Positions 1-9,231 of a DNA stretch of 64,000 bases are shown here, piece after piece. The stretch spans positions 1-64,000 of the forward strand of contig JAVYWK010000002.1 in NCBI GenBank assembly GCA_038727095.1. Reading direction: 5' to 3'. The position numbers and the translations under genes are program-made. Position 1 is the stretch's first letter; every line of letters starts with the position of its first letter. The notes under the pieces are model-generated. The model saw nothing but the letters and a program-made list of their open reading frames with translations. It did not search any database and was not told where the DNA came from. The stretch comes from Thermofilaceae archaeon (GTDB taxonomy: Archaea; Thermoproteota; Thermoprotei; Thermofilales; Thermofilaceae).

Positions 1-1257
1 AGTTATTGATAGTTCATTAAAAACATTAACTGTAAACTGGTTTAACTGATCAGTAATAGATTTGATACTCTCATCTACTTTTTCGTTAATATATGAAATT
101 ACGTTCCCAGCTACTACTTTCGCTATCGCCTTCATGTTTTCCTTAGCTGTTCCACAACTGTCAAAACTACCTCCTGCATCTATTGTGAAACTTTTCAAAG
201 GTAAAATAGTTTTTTCTGCCTTAAAACTTAAAATTGAATCATAGATATACCCTCCAAGAACTTGAGTTAGAGAGTTTACTTCTCCATCATCAATGAGATC
301 TTTATCATAAGATTGAGAATTAATTATATTTTTAGCATTTATAACAAAGAAATCTTTGCTTACAAAAGCTATATCATTGCTTTCGTAAACTTTATTTATA
401 TTATCTACTACGTTAATTTTTATACTGATTTTCCCTTTGTTAAAAGTTGCAGTTATGATTGGCTGAATTTGTATCGAGGGAAGAGTGTATGTGCACACTG
501 TTTGATTGGTCTCTTCTATTTTAGAACAAGTCTCGATGCAATTTAAATTATCTATTTTATTATTTAAATAATTTAATAATTCATTCTCGATGTTGGTTAA
601 ATAATTATCTATTTGTTCAAGTAATTTATTTGCTATTTCGTTGATTTTTTCGCTTATGCCTGATCTTATTTCCTGAAGGGCGTTCTCTGTTAGGGAGAAT
701 GATACGAGTATCAGGCTGTCTGATACCGATTTCAGTGCACCTGCTCCGATAGATGCGATGAATTCGCCGAGGCTCTTGCTTTTTATCCAAATAATTACTA
801 CGAATGTAAAGGTTAGATTTTCATATGGTAGGAATGCTTGTTTCGCTCCCATCTCTATTACTTGGTTATACAATGAGTTGTATAGTTCGGCGATAAGCTG
901 GCCACTAAGGCTTTCCTGACGTGCTACGACTTTTGTTAGGAGTCCGCTTATAAATTTCAGCGAATCAACGTTTTTGCTTTTCTGCGTAGCTGGTATCGCC
1001 ATAACAATTATATCTGCTTCGTTGGATCCGATTTTTACACCATGGTTCATGCTTACGCTAGGTATGGGGATAAGTTTGAGGGGAATTCTGTTGGAGGTTA
1101 CTCCTACGACGTAGTATGCGAGTGTTTGCTGGTTTATGTTAGTGCTGATTTGCTGGTTAGTTGAAGGTGTTTCCGCTTTGAGTAAAGGTATGGAGGCAAA
1201 GCTAGTTGTTATCAAAAGGACAGAAAAGATTAAAGCTGCTACTTTAATTGGGTCCAC
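1..1257 (-). CDS. Large secreted/surface protein, >419 aa, runs off left edge (absent from ORF track)
   Basis: Manual translation of the minus strand: GTG at 1257, no stop down to base 1. N-terminus MDPIKVAALIFSVLLITTSFASIPLLKAE is signal-peptide-like. In-frame TGA at 1279-1281 bounds it upstream. Confidence 0.85.
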   Translation of the reverse strand, partial: MDPIKVAALIFSVLLITTSFASIPLLKAETPSTNQQISTNINQQTLAYYVVGVTSNRIPLKLIPIPSVSMNHGVKIGSNEADIIVMAIPATQKSKNVDSLKFISGLLTKVVARQESLSGQLIAELYNSLYNQVIEMGAKQAFLPYENLTFTFVVIIWIKSKSLGEFIASIGAGALKSVSDSLILVSFSLTENALQEIRSGISEKINEIANKLLEQIDNYLTNIENELLNYLNNKIDNLNCIETCSKIEETNQTVCTYTLPSIQIQPIITATFNKGKISIKINVVDNINKVYESNDIAFVSKDFFVINAKNIINSQSYDKDLIDDGEVNSLTQVLGGYIYDSILSFKAEKTILPLKSFTIDAGGSFDSCGTAKENMKAIAKVVAGNVISYINEKVDESIKSITDQLNQFTVNVFNELSIT

Positions 1258-1280
1258 GGTAAAGTAAATCTCATTGAGTC

Positions 1281-1294
1281 ATATATATGTTTTA
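1281..1294 (-). promoter_or_regulatory. BRE/TATA-like promoter of the large secreted protein
   Basis: Minus strand TAAAACATATATAT about 24-37 nt upstream of the GTG at 1257; spacing typical of leaderless archaeal transcripts. Confidence 0.55.
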
Positions 1295-1315
1295 CCGTAT
1301 AGCCGTTTTATACGG
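1295..1315. repeat. Inverted repeat CCGTATA-N7-TATACGG
   Basis: Perfect 7-bp arms at 1295-1301 and 1309-1315, immediately upstream of the promoter above. Confidence 0.6.
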
Positions 1316-1356
1316 GTTCAAAAATATTTTGTATATGTTTCTGATCTTTATTTGAT

Positions 1357-1776
1357 TTAACCTCTTCTAGCGTAGACCGATTCGGTTAATGCACTTTTTC
1401 TCCCAGAACCTTCGATTTCCAACGTGAGTATATACGTTTTGCCAGCTTCTGCAGTAACTCTACACACGATTGATAGGGCTCCGCCAGAGGATACCAGCTG
1501 GTTCGCCGGGTTCGGAGTGCACTGCGAAGTATCGACCGATGATTCGTCCAATTTGATGGATGATATGCGGAAATCTATGGATCCCGTGTTTGATACCGTG
1601 ACGGCGAGCCTTGCCCCGGTTTCTGTGACTATAATCTGAGCCGCGTCTATGGTTCCTTGTAATCGTCTTCCCCCGATGAGGCCGCTGATCACGCCCCAGA
1701 ACATCAGAACGGCGGCGATCCCAACAATCGTCAAGAGAACCGCCACAACCACTCCACTTATGCCTTTTCTGCGCAT
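1357..1776 (-). CDS. Major type IV pilin (class III signal peptide)
   Basis: MRRKG|ISGVVVAVLLTIVGIAAVLMFW: basic leader, KG cleavage site, hydrophobic helix, then a small beta-rich domain with two Cys. Confidence 0.9.
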   Translation of the reverse strand: MRRKGISGVVVAVLLTIVGIAAVLMFWGVISGLIGGRRLQGTIDAAQIIVTETGARLAVTVSNTGSIDFRISSIKLDESSVDTSQCTPNPANQLVSSGGALSIVCRVTAEAGKTYILTLEIEGSGRKSALTESVYARRG

Positions 1777-1797
1777 ATTAATTCTGCCATTTTTTTA

Positions 1798-1810
1798 CTT
1801 TTAAACTTTT
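1798..1810 (-). promoter_or_regulatory. TATA box of the pilin gene
   Basis: Minus strand AAAAGTTTTAAAA about 22-34 nt upstream of ATG 1776. Confidence 0.55.
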
Positions 1811-1913
1811 GCCTGTTTCAGCGCCTCTGCAGTCACTACTGGCCACCATAGAACAATCTTCGATGCAGGTGCTGCAAAAAGAATTTAATCCTATATTCCT
1901 CATGAAAATATGT

Positions 1914-3656
1914 ATGGGTTTATTTGGCTTAAAAGAACCTTTCTTGAGCAACTCTCGTGAGAGGGCGAAAGAGCGCGAGGGCGCCGGCACCTTTCCCGAA
2001 GTAAAGATAAAGGTATGGAAGTTTGAGGACTCAAGAAAAATAAGAGTTATTCGTAGTTACAATGTCGACCGATTTGTCAACATCATCATCGGAGAGGAGA
2101 TAACTTCTCCTCGTCGCCTCTATATTGTACGTGATCCATCAGTTACCGAAGGTGAGCTACACGAATTAGAGAAGCGTGCAATGGAGTTAATTTACGTACT
2201 AGAGGGTGTACCCACAGAGGAAGCCCTGATTAAGTACCTGGAGGATGGGGGGTTGAGGCGCCCTGAGCTTCAGTACTTAATTATCAGAGAACTCGCATTT
2301 GACCGATTTGGTGCCCTAGATCCGCTAATGCGAGACCCAAGCCTCGAGAATATTGAGTGCACCGGGCCCTACAGGCCAGTTACGGTCTTGCATAGCGAGC
2401 TGGGGCGCTTAGAAACGAATCTCGTGTTCACAGAGGAGGAGCTGGATAAGCTAGTTATGAAGCTCGCGAATAAAGCTGGGAAGAGCATTAGTAAGGCTAA
2501 TCCTAGGATCGATAACGCACGACTGCCTGGGGGGCATAGGCTTGCTTGCACATTTATGAGTGAAATCAGTGAGCACAGTAGCTTTGTCATTAGGAAATTC
2601 CCGAGCGAGCCTTGGACAATCACGAGGCACATGCTCTCAGGGACGCTTACTCCGGAGATAGGGGCCTGGCTGTGGCTGCTAGTTGAGCATAAACTCCCTA
2701 TACTGATTGTCGGAGGTATGGGCACAGGAAAAACAAGTTTGGCAAACTCTCTCTGTGGCTTCATTCCTCCTGATAAGCGCGTGGGAACCGTAGAGGATGT
2801 TCCCGAGTTTAATCTGCCCGTCAAGAAGCAGAATTGGCAGCGCATGTTCACGAGAGAGTCGTACTCTATAGACGGTAAAGGCTCTATCGACCTTTTCGCC
2901 CTCGTTAAGGAGATGCTAAGATATCAGGTAGAGTACCTAATAGTGAACGAGATACGAGGGGAAGAGGCAAAGGTTTGGTTCCAGCAGATCTCATCAGGCC
3001 ACGGTGGCATCACTACGATTCATGCCGATGATTTCACTTCAGCCCTGGTAAGGTTAAAGGACTTGGGCATCGAAATAGCGTCGCTTAACAGCTTGCACGG
3101 CCTTGTGTACATCGCTGTCTATACGAAAGATGGAAAGAGAGTTAGGCGCATCAGAGAAGTCGCGGACTTCGAACTAGTGGACGGAAAACCAGTATTTAGA
3201 GTACTTTTTCGCTATAATCCTTCTAACGATACTTACGAATCCGTGCTTCCCGAAGAGCTCGCGAAAACCAGATCAGCCGCAAAGATAATTAACATCAGTG
3301 ATAAAATACATAATGAAAATGAATTAATTAACGAATATAAGAGAAGAATAGAGTTTCTAAGATGGCTTTTAGAAAAAGCTAAAAATGATCAAAGTTATAC
3401 CAAATTAAATATTTTAATAAATTTATTCGAGAAATTCTATAGAGATCCATTATTCTTCTATAAAGAACTGGAAACACCTATGGACGTCCAGCGCAAAGAA
3501 AAACCATATATTAAAATTGTAGAAATTAAAAAAATGAAACAAGATATAAAAATTGTAAACTTAAAACAAAGTATTCCTCAACCTGGCATGATCGTTAAAG
3601 CGAAGAGGCAGCGTAAACAGCGTAAGTTATTCAAAATTAGAGGTGATAATAAATGA
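1914..3656 (+). CDS. Type II/IV secretion (pilus assembly) ATPase, VirB11/PilB/FlaI family
   Basis: Walker A GGMGTGKTS, VED box, Walker B YLIVNEIRG, TTIHA His box. Start moved to ATG 1914, about 25 nt after TTTAAT at 1884. Confidence 0.92.
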   Translation: MGLFGLKEPFLSNSRERAKEREGAGTFPEVKIKVWKFEDSRKIRVIRSYNVDRFVNIIIGEEITSPRRLYIVRDPSVTEGELHELEKRAMELIYVLEGVPTEEALIKYLEDGGLRRPELQYLIIRELAFDRFGALDPLMRDPSLENIECTGPYRPVTVLHSELGRLETNLVFTEEELDKLVMKLANKAGKSISKANPRIDNARLPGGHRLACTFMSEISEHSSFVIRKFPSEPWTITRHMLSGTLTPEIGAWLWLLVEHKLPILIVGGMGTGKTSLANSLCGFIPPDKRVGTVEDVPEFNLPVKKQNWQRMFTRESYSIDGKGSIDLFALVKEMLRYQVEYLIVNEIRGEEAKVWFQQISSGHGGITTIHADDFTSALVRLKDLGIEIASLNSLHGLVYIAVYTKDGKRVRRIREVADFELVDGKPVFRVLFRYNPSNDTYESVLPEELAKTRSAAKIINISDKIHNENELINEYKRRIEFLRWLLEKAKNDQSYTKLNILINLFEKFYRDPLFFYKELETPMDVQRKEKPYIKIVEIKKMKQDIKIVNLKQSIPQPGMIVKAKRQRKQRKLFKIRGDNK

Positions 3657-5374
3657 AATTCTTAGAAGATTTTCTAGAAAAATACATTTATCTTTCTGGA
3701 ATAAGAAAGACGCCAAAGGAGTTCGTGAGAGAGGCGTTAAATAACTTTTTACTGCTTGCTGCAGCCTCTGCTACTCTCTCACTTGTCGTTGCTGTTTTCT
3801 CGCTCGGTATCTTAGAGCCCATTATCCCACTCGAGCAGTTACAGTACTTAGCGTACCTCATTCCTGCCCCTCTCATTATTGGTTTGTTTTTGCTGTTTGA
3901 GCCATACTTTAGAGCAGCAGAGCATATGCGAGGAGCAGAAAGAGAACTTCTCTACGTGATGGCTTTGCTAACGACGTACGCTGCTAACGGCGTTGCGCCG
4001 CACATCGCTATCGATAGGTTGAGGATGAAGTATAAGGAGCTTTTCACAGAGTTCTCCAAAATCGCTGAGCGTATATCGCGAATTAGGGTTCTTTTTGTTG
4101 TTGACGAGCTTGAGGCTATGGAGTTTGAGGGCAGGCGCGTCTCCTCGCAGTTAATATCGGATCTACTGCTCTCGAGCGCAAGCATCGAGAGGCGAGGAGG
4201 CGACATTTACGCTGTATTACGGGAAAAGATGAGAAGCATCTTCAACGCTGTTCGAGAGAACTACAAAACCTTGTCTAATAGGATGAGCTTTGTAGCGGAT
4301 GTAATACTGATAGCTTACGGCGTACTACCTATGATGCTCTACACGATGTTCGCGCTCTTCGCTTCAGAAGAGCTGGCTCTGCAATCTATTTTCTACTCAT
4401 TTTTCGTAAACCCGCTTATCGGTCTAGCGCTCGTGTACTTAATCGACTTAATGTATCCTAAGACACCCGTCAAGTACGATAAGTACTACCGATTGATTGC
4501 CTACAGCCTACCCGTAGGTGCGGCTGTTTTTGTAGCAGTATATGCGCCGTGGTATTTTGGTCTTATTAGTGCTAGGCCTGAAGTGATAAGCGGCCTTCCA
4601 TGGACCGGAGTTGCTATCGCAGCTGCTGCGATAGCAACGTGCGCTCCCGCTGCCTTTCGCTACCACTTCGACCAGAGACGCCTTACAGCAATCGATTACG
4701 CCTTGCCCAGCTTTGTTAGAGACGTAGCTGAGGAGGTAAAGAAAGGCAGCACCCCATCGCTAGCAATAATCACGCTGTCAAACACGAGGAGTTACGGTTC
4801 AGCGTTAGATAAGGTTATAAAGAAGATTGCTCTCGCTTTAGAGGCAGGAAGAACCTTCGAGGAGGCGGTTCAATCAGTTATGAGAGAGGTTTCGTGGTAC
4901 TGCAGGATGAGTTTGACTCTTATGGTTGAAGCCGATTTGATGGGAGCAAAGCCCGAGGTGTTTGACGAAGTGGCTGAAGTTACAAGGGAGATTATTGACT
5001 CATTGAGAATAGCTCGCTCGTCGGTTATGCCGCTGAAGATTTTTGGATTAATCACTGCGGTACTCGTGATCGGCATAACTTCTATGCTCGTAAGACAGGT
5101 GCTAGAGCCTATCGCCATGATGGCAGAAGGGTTCTATGCTGCAGCATCATCTTTCCCAACGCTCATGGGCAGTTTGGGCGTACAGCTCATAACGCCAAAA
5201 ATGCTCCCCCAACTTGTTGATACCGTTATAACAGGGAGTGTTGTAACGATGATTTTAATGGGATTGATGACGGGTAAAATGACAGATGGAACGCTGGCAG
5301 GAGGCTTCGTCTATGTGATTATAGATATGCTGTTGTCAATGACGGCTATCCTGCTACTGTTCCTCGTGCTTTAG
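3653..5374 (+). CDS. Type II secretion F / TadC / FlaJ-like membrane platform protein (two F domains)
   Basis: Multi-TM protein with two cytoplasmic domains (ERELLYVMALL..., LPSFVRDVAEEVKKGSTPSLAI); ATGA overlap with the ATPase. Confidence 0.88.
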   Translation: MKFLEDFLEKYIYLSGIRKTPKEFVREALNNFLLLAAASATLSLVVAVFSLGILEPIIPLEQLQYLAYLIPAPLIIGLFLLFEPYFRAAEHMRGAERELLYVMALLTTYAANGVAPHIAIDRLRMKYKELFTEFSKIAERISRIRVLFVVDELEAMEFEGRRVSSQLISDLLLSSASIERRGGDIYAVLREKMRSIFNAVRENYKTLSNRMSFVADVILIAYGVLPMMLYTMFALFASEELALQSIFYSFFVNPLIGLALVYLIDLMYPKTPVKYDKYYRLIAYSLPVGAAVFVAVYAPWYFGLISARPEVISGLPWTGVAIAAAAIATCAPAAFRYHFDQRRLTAIDYALPSFVRDVAEEVKKGSTPSLAIITLSNTRSYGSALDKVIKKIALALEAGRTFEEAVQSVMREVSWYCRMSLTLMVEADLMGAKPEVFDEVAEVTREIIDSLRIARSSVMPLKIFGLITAVLVIGITSMLVRQVLEPIAMMAEGFYAAASSFPTLMGSLGVQLITPKMLPQLVDTVITGSVVTMILMGLMTGKMTDGTLAGGFVYVIIDMLLSMTAILLLFLVL

Positions 5375-5383
5375 GGGGATTGC

Positions 5384-6262
5384 ATGTCTACGGTTGAAAC
5401 TCTTATTGCCTTGACGAGCTTTATCCTAGTGCTCGCCATCTTCATCCATGGAGTACGAACCACATTGCATGCTAGAGTACTTGAAGCTCGCCAAGAACGA
5501 TTAAGGACGAAGGGCGAGACTATTTCGCAGCTTGCAGCGCTACTACTAGAGATGAATCCCTCGCTTCTGAACGATCGACAATCTATGAAAACATTCTTGG
5601 AAAATAATCTACATGAATATGTTCATAAAAATGTTTTAGAAGGGAATACTGCAGTAATCCAGACGAAAATCACTATATCTTTCCCTAGTGTTCTGTATAA
5701 AATCACTGAAAGAGCATACAAATTACAACCAGAGGTTACTTACTATATAGTCAATTTCTCCTCAGCGAACTTACCTACGCTAGTTAAGGCAAAAGGTCTA
5801 CTCACGTCTTCACCTAACGATAGAATAATTATTGCGACAGCAGACTCAATCTACGCGCTAGGCTTCGAAATTACCTCTAATCTGGATTCCCTTCAAACAT
5901 CTATCGATTCTAAATGCTGCTACATCATACACTTTGAAAAAGGCGAGATCTGCCTATCGACGCTAATTTTTGAAGAAGATAAAAAAATCAGGTTCGATAG
6001 CTCATGTTATCTAACCCCCTATTCACAAGTCCTTCAAGCGGAAAACCTTGGAAGTTCACTAGACTTACTCATCAAGAGTAATTTGCTCAGGCCCCCCTAC
6101 GCCATTGTTTGCGGCAAAAAAAGTTTCATCTATCCATTTCTGTACGAACCCTTAGTATTATTTAGGGAAAAGTTGCCTGACAACGTTCTTTTTTACCGCG
6201 TTACCGCTTTAGCTAAAGTTAATGACGTAGTAGTGCTTATCGAGGTGGTGGTATGGGAGTGA
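5384..6262 (+). CDS. Pilin-like/accessory pilus protein
   Basis: N-terminal MSTVETLIALTSFILVLAIF (Glu at +5, hydrophobic helix), hydrophobic beta C-terminus VLIEVVVWE, pilus operon context. Confidence 0.65.
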   Translation: MSTVETLIALTSFILVLAIFIHGVRTTLHARVLEARQERLRTKGETISQLAALLLEMNPSLLNDRQSMKTFLENNLHEYVHKNVLEGNTAVIQTKITISFPSVLYKITERAYKLQPEVTYYIVNFSSANLPTLVKAKGLLTSSPNDRIIIATADSIYALGFEITSNLDSLQTSIDSKCCYIIHFEKGEICLSTLIFEEDKKIRFDSSCYLTPYSQVLQAENLGSSLDLLIKSNLLRPPYAIVCGKKSFIYPFLYEPLVLFREKLPDNVLFYRVTALAKVNDVVVLIEVVVWE

Positions 6263-6687
6263 AGAGAGGTGGGCAAGTCAGGCTGCTTGAAGCAGCTCTA
6301 GCTGGTATTACAGCAGTGCTTTTGCTAACTCTGGTGCTACGGCTTATACTCCTCCTACCTACGCAACTAACTCGCCCTCTTCTCGAGGAGGAAGCGAATA
6401 CCATTCTTCGAGCATTATTGAGTCGCGGTGTTCTATGCAAGACAGTTTACCATTCACAGGGCGGCACTGTTGATGGAGAGACTTTGAGGGTAGCAGTAGA
6501 GGCTTTTACTCCACCGGGGCGTGGGTATAAGGTAGCCGTGCTACGTGCTAGCGATTTAACAGAACTTTTTGCATTTGCCAGTGGCGGGTTTAACTCGTAT
6601 AGTTCAGCATCAAGCTTCGCAGTACTTAGTGGTTGTAATGGCTACTTTGAACCGAGAATAGTAGTTATTTCAATTTCAGGTGACTAA
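6253..6687 (+). CDS. Minor pilin-like protein
   Basis: KRGG|QVRLLEAALAGITAVLLL class III-like signal; GAGGTGG SD at 6242. Confidence 0.75.
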   Translation: MGVKRGGQVRLLEAALAGITAVLLLTLVLRLILLLPTQLTRPLLEEEANTILRALLSRGVLCKTVYHSQGGTVDGETLRVAVEAFTPPGRGYKVAVLRASDLTELFAFASGGFNSYSSASSFAVLSGCNGYFEPRIVVISISGD

Positions 6688-6691
6688 TGTG

Positions 6692-7450
6692 ATGCGACGA
6701 GCTCAAACCCTGATCGTATCTCTCTTGGCGATTTTTATCACCTTCGTAATCGCATTTACTTCATTAACCACAACACCTCGCATGTTTCAAACTACAGCGT
6801 TGGAGGTTGCAATCTTATCACTAAATGAAACCATTAAAGGATGTTTTGCATATGCTACTGATAAAAAATGGAATAATATTCTTATAAATCAACAATTAAT
6901 TAAGTCGGCTAATTCGGAAGATGTAAATCTAAATGCTCAAACTTATTTCGACGAATGTATCAAATATACAATTCTTTATCTAGAGAAATTATATCAAATT
7001 AGGATAACATTAACAAAAAATATACACTTTGAAGATAATAACAATTACTATAATATTATCGCTTCGATTACTAGAGATGAATACAAACTTCAAGTTAATT
7101 TTAAACGCAATATTTTTATTTATGTTAATAAAATTGAAATAAAGGAAACATCTACTTTTAAAATTCTTAGTATTAATTTTAGCTTAAAAGGCTTTTCATC
7201 TAATTATGTGAAAGTTCAAGTGTACCTTTTAGAAAATAATTTATACAAAAAAATAAGTGATATTTACTTGCTCCCTGAAAATATGGCTCAAAACCAGTAC
7301 ATAATTGACGTTGGAATCGAGCCAAAATACCTTGTTAGCGGAAGGGATGATACGGGATTATTGGTTTTTCTGGTGAGAGTAATTGATGATGATGGTGCAT
7401 CGGTATGGTGGAGAGGAGAAGTTGCTGTAAGAGATGTTACCGCACCCTAG
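6692..7450 (+). CDS. Minor pilin-like protein
   Basis: MRRA|QTLIVSLLAIFITFVIAF class III-like signal; AGGTGA SD at 6678 favours ATG 6692. Confidence 0.72.
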   Translation: MRRAQTLIVSLLAIFITFVIAFTSLTTTPRMFQTTALEVAILSLNETIKGCFAYATDKKWNNILINQQLIKSANSEDVNLNAQTYFDECIKYTILYLEKLYQIRITLTKNIHFEDNNNYYNIIASITRDEYKLQVNFKRNIFIYVNKIEIKETSTFKILSINFSLKGFSSNYVKVQVYLLENNLYKKISDIYLLPENMAQNQYIIDVGIEPKYLVSGRDDTGLLVFLVRVIDDDGASVWWRGEVAVRDVTAP

Positions 7451-7980
7451 TGTGTCCTGGGCAACTAGAGGGAAGCAAAGGTTCGATAACGGTTTCGACA
7501 GTAATTTTTATTTCTATTTTCATATTAATAATGTTTTTATCGTTTTCTATTCTAAACAGATATATTAGAAATTATTACTCAGCCGGCAGCGCTCCGCTTG
7601 AAAGTATAATCTCTGTTCATGATGCAATCATCAACTCGTGCTGCAGCGGTTACGGTGGGGCTAGAGCGCTCGTATTCTTGCCACCAGGTTCATACATGCA
7701 TTTACAAGAAAATTACGTAAGTGTCATTGGTATTGACTTAAAATCGTTGAGTGAAGAGTATATTGAAACTGTACTAAAAAGTAGAACAAAATGTGACTTT
7801 CTTGAAATTGAAGTTAAGATTGAGAAGAATACTCTTATTCTTAAGTACTTTGTATCAATTACTTCTGAACGTAAATATATAACATTTGTACCATTAGTTG
7901 TTCCACCTGGTTCCCATGTGATATCCCTCTATTGTAAGGCATTTTGTACCATTGAAGCCGCTATTACAACTCGTAGTTAG
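7450..7980 (+). CDS. Minor pilin-like protein, Cys-rich
   Basis: SKG|SITVSTVIFISIFILIMF. Likely start is GTG 7450 overlapping the upstream TAG (ORF track starts at 7405). Confidence 0.65.
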   Translation: MCPGQLEGSKGSITVSTVIFISIFILIMFLSFSILNRYIRNYYSAGSAPLESIISVHDAIINSCCSGYGGARALVFLPPGSYMHLQENYVSVIGIDLKSLSEEYIETVLKSRTKCDFLEIEVKIEKNTLILKYFVSITSERKYITFVPLVVPPGSHVISLYCKAFCTIEAAITTRS

Positions 7981-8229
7981 TGAACTTTATGAAAGTAACG
8001 TAAATGTTGCAATACGATAGCAGATTTAGGAAAACGCCACTGCACCTCCCCTGAGTCCGTAATGCGCTTAAAAATTATTAAAAATTCATAAACTTTTAGA
8101 TGCTCTAGCCTGTAGTAGTTGATATTCGATCCCTACTCTATCAACCGACTTAGAGTCTAAGCATACTGTCTACGCACCAATTGTATCAAAAAATTTATCA
8201 CATTGTGCTGGTGATATATCTCGAGATCC

Positions 8230-8724
8230 ATGGAGATACCATCTCAATTGCTTCTAGTTTTGGTAACGATACTTGCAGTAGCTCTGATCACTACATATTC
8301 CATCCACATTATTATGATGGAACGAAACATAGCTACTCTTTCGGTTGTTGATGCTACGGCTAATCAGATTATTACTGCGATACTTTCAACCGTGAGACGC
8401 GCGTGCAATATTGGACAATTTTCAACTTCTGTTATAGAAATAGAACAACGTCTAGAGCTTAACAAGAATTTTATTTTTAAAATTATAAAAATAGATAATA
8501 AAAAATATATTTTACGAATTGAAGGATTTACATTATATATTGGAAGAAATAAGGTGACCTCGGTCGAGCATCCCCTTCCGTTTTATATTTCATCATGCCC
8601 TTCAGGTAAAGAGGACCTGGTAATATCCTACAGTGAGACAAGTGGGAGATGTAATGCGATACATGTTAAAGTTAAATACGATCCGTCTGGATGTCTACTA
8701 CTTGTCAGTCTAACACCCACTTAA
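8230..8724 (+). CDS. Pilin-like protein without basic leader
   Basis: N-terminal hydrophobic helix followed by amphipathic helix (DATANQIITAI), four Cys, TATA-like AAAAATTTATC at about 8188-8199. Confidence 0.6.
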   Translation: MEIPSQLLLVLVTILAVALITTYSIHIIMMERNIATLSVVDATANQIITAILSTVRRACNIGQFSTSVIEIEQRLELNKNFIFKIIKIDNKKYILRIEGFTLYIGRNKVTSVEHPLPFYISSCPSGKEDLVISYSETSGRCNAIHVKVKYDPSGCLLLVSLTPT

Positions 8725-8952
8725 GTAGTAGGAAAAGCTCGACAGCACAGTTATGAAGGTTTTAACATGGTACAAATCGAAAGGGTACTTACACTACATA
8801 GTGTTGGGGTAAGGTCTGATCCTTAAACATCTTGCAGCCTATCTATTTTGGAACAACGATTGTCTTTACTTTGTATTCAAAATTGAATATTCTATAAATT
8901 TATAACAATTAAAAATGTTAGAATTTACGTTATTTATTAAAAAATAAGTAAT

Positions 8953-9231
8953 TCAGGTACTTTCACTTGCTTCCTTTTTTGTCTCTTCTTCAAGTTTCTT
9001 TAACTCTTCTTCGATTTCTTTTTCGATCTCTTCGATGGGTTTCGGTGGTGGTGTGGTGGCGAGGGTGTATCCGATCCAGGCGAGTATGCCGAGGACTCCG
9101 GCGACTGCTATGAAAGCGGTGAGCTGGAGGACGAAGAAACTGTAGGGGGATGTGAGAAGTAAACCATAGACGATTATTCCAGTAATCGAGCCCATCATCA
9201 GCGCGGCCCCTATCATCTGATCTTTTGTCAT
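8953..9231 (-). CDS. Small two-TM archaeal membrane protein with Pro linker and acidic coiled-coil tail
   Basis: Two hydrophobic helices, WIGYTLATTPPPKPIEEIEKEIEEELKKLEEE. Confidence 0.8.
   Translation of the reverse strand: MTKDQMIGAALMMGSITGIIVYGLLLTSPYSFFVLQLTAFIAVAGVLGILAWIGYTLATTPPPKPIEEIEKEIEEELKKLEEETKKEASEST

Noticed and set aside
62-546. Plus-strand ORFs 62-244 and 313-546, and the many short antisense ORFs throughout the track (for example 62348-62977, 47518-48042, 23596-24060)
   Set aside because: Shadow frames opposite well-supported genes, with no recognisable motifs.
5372-5386. TAG read-through fusing the platform protein to the in-frame ORF at 5384
   Set aside because: The frames match, but the downstream gene has its own GGGGGA SD-like sequence and ATG, and nothing in the window supports recoding.
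1357-8724. Archaellum, or Ced/Ted-type DNA import or conjugation system
   Set aside because: No FlaH/F/G-like genes and the pilin is short. The ATPase is VirB11/PilB-type rather than VirB4/HerA-type, and no VirB6-like or relaxase gene is present.
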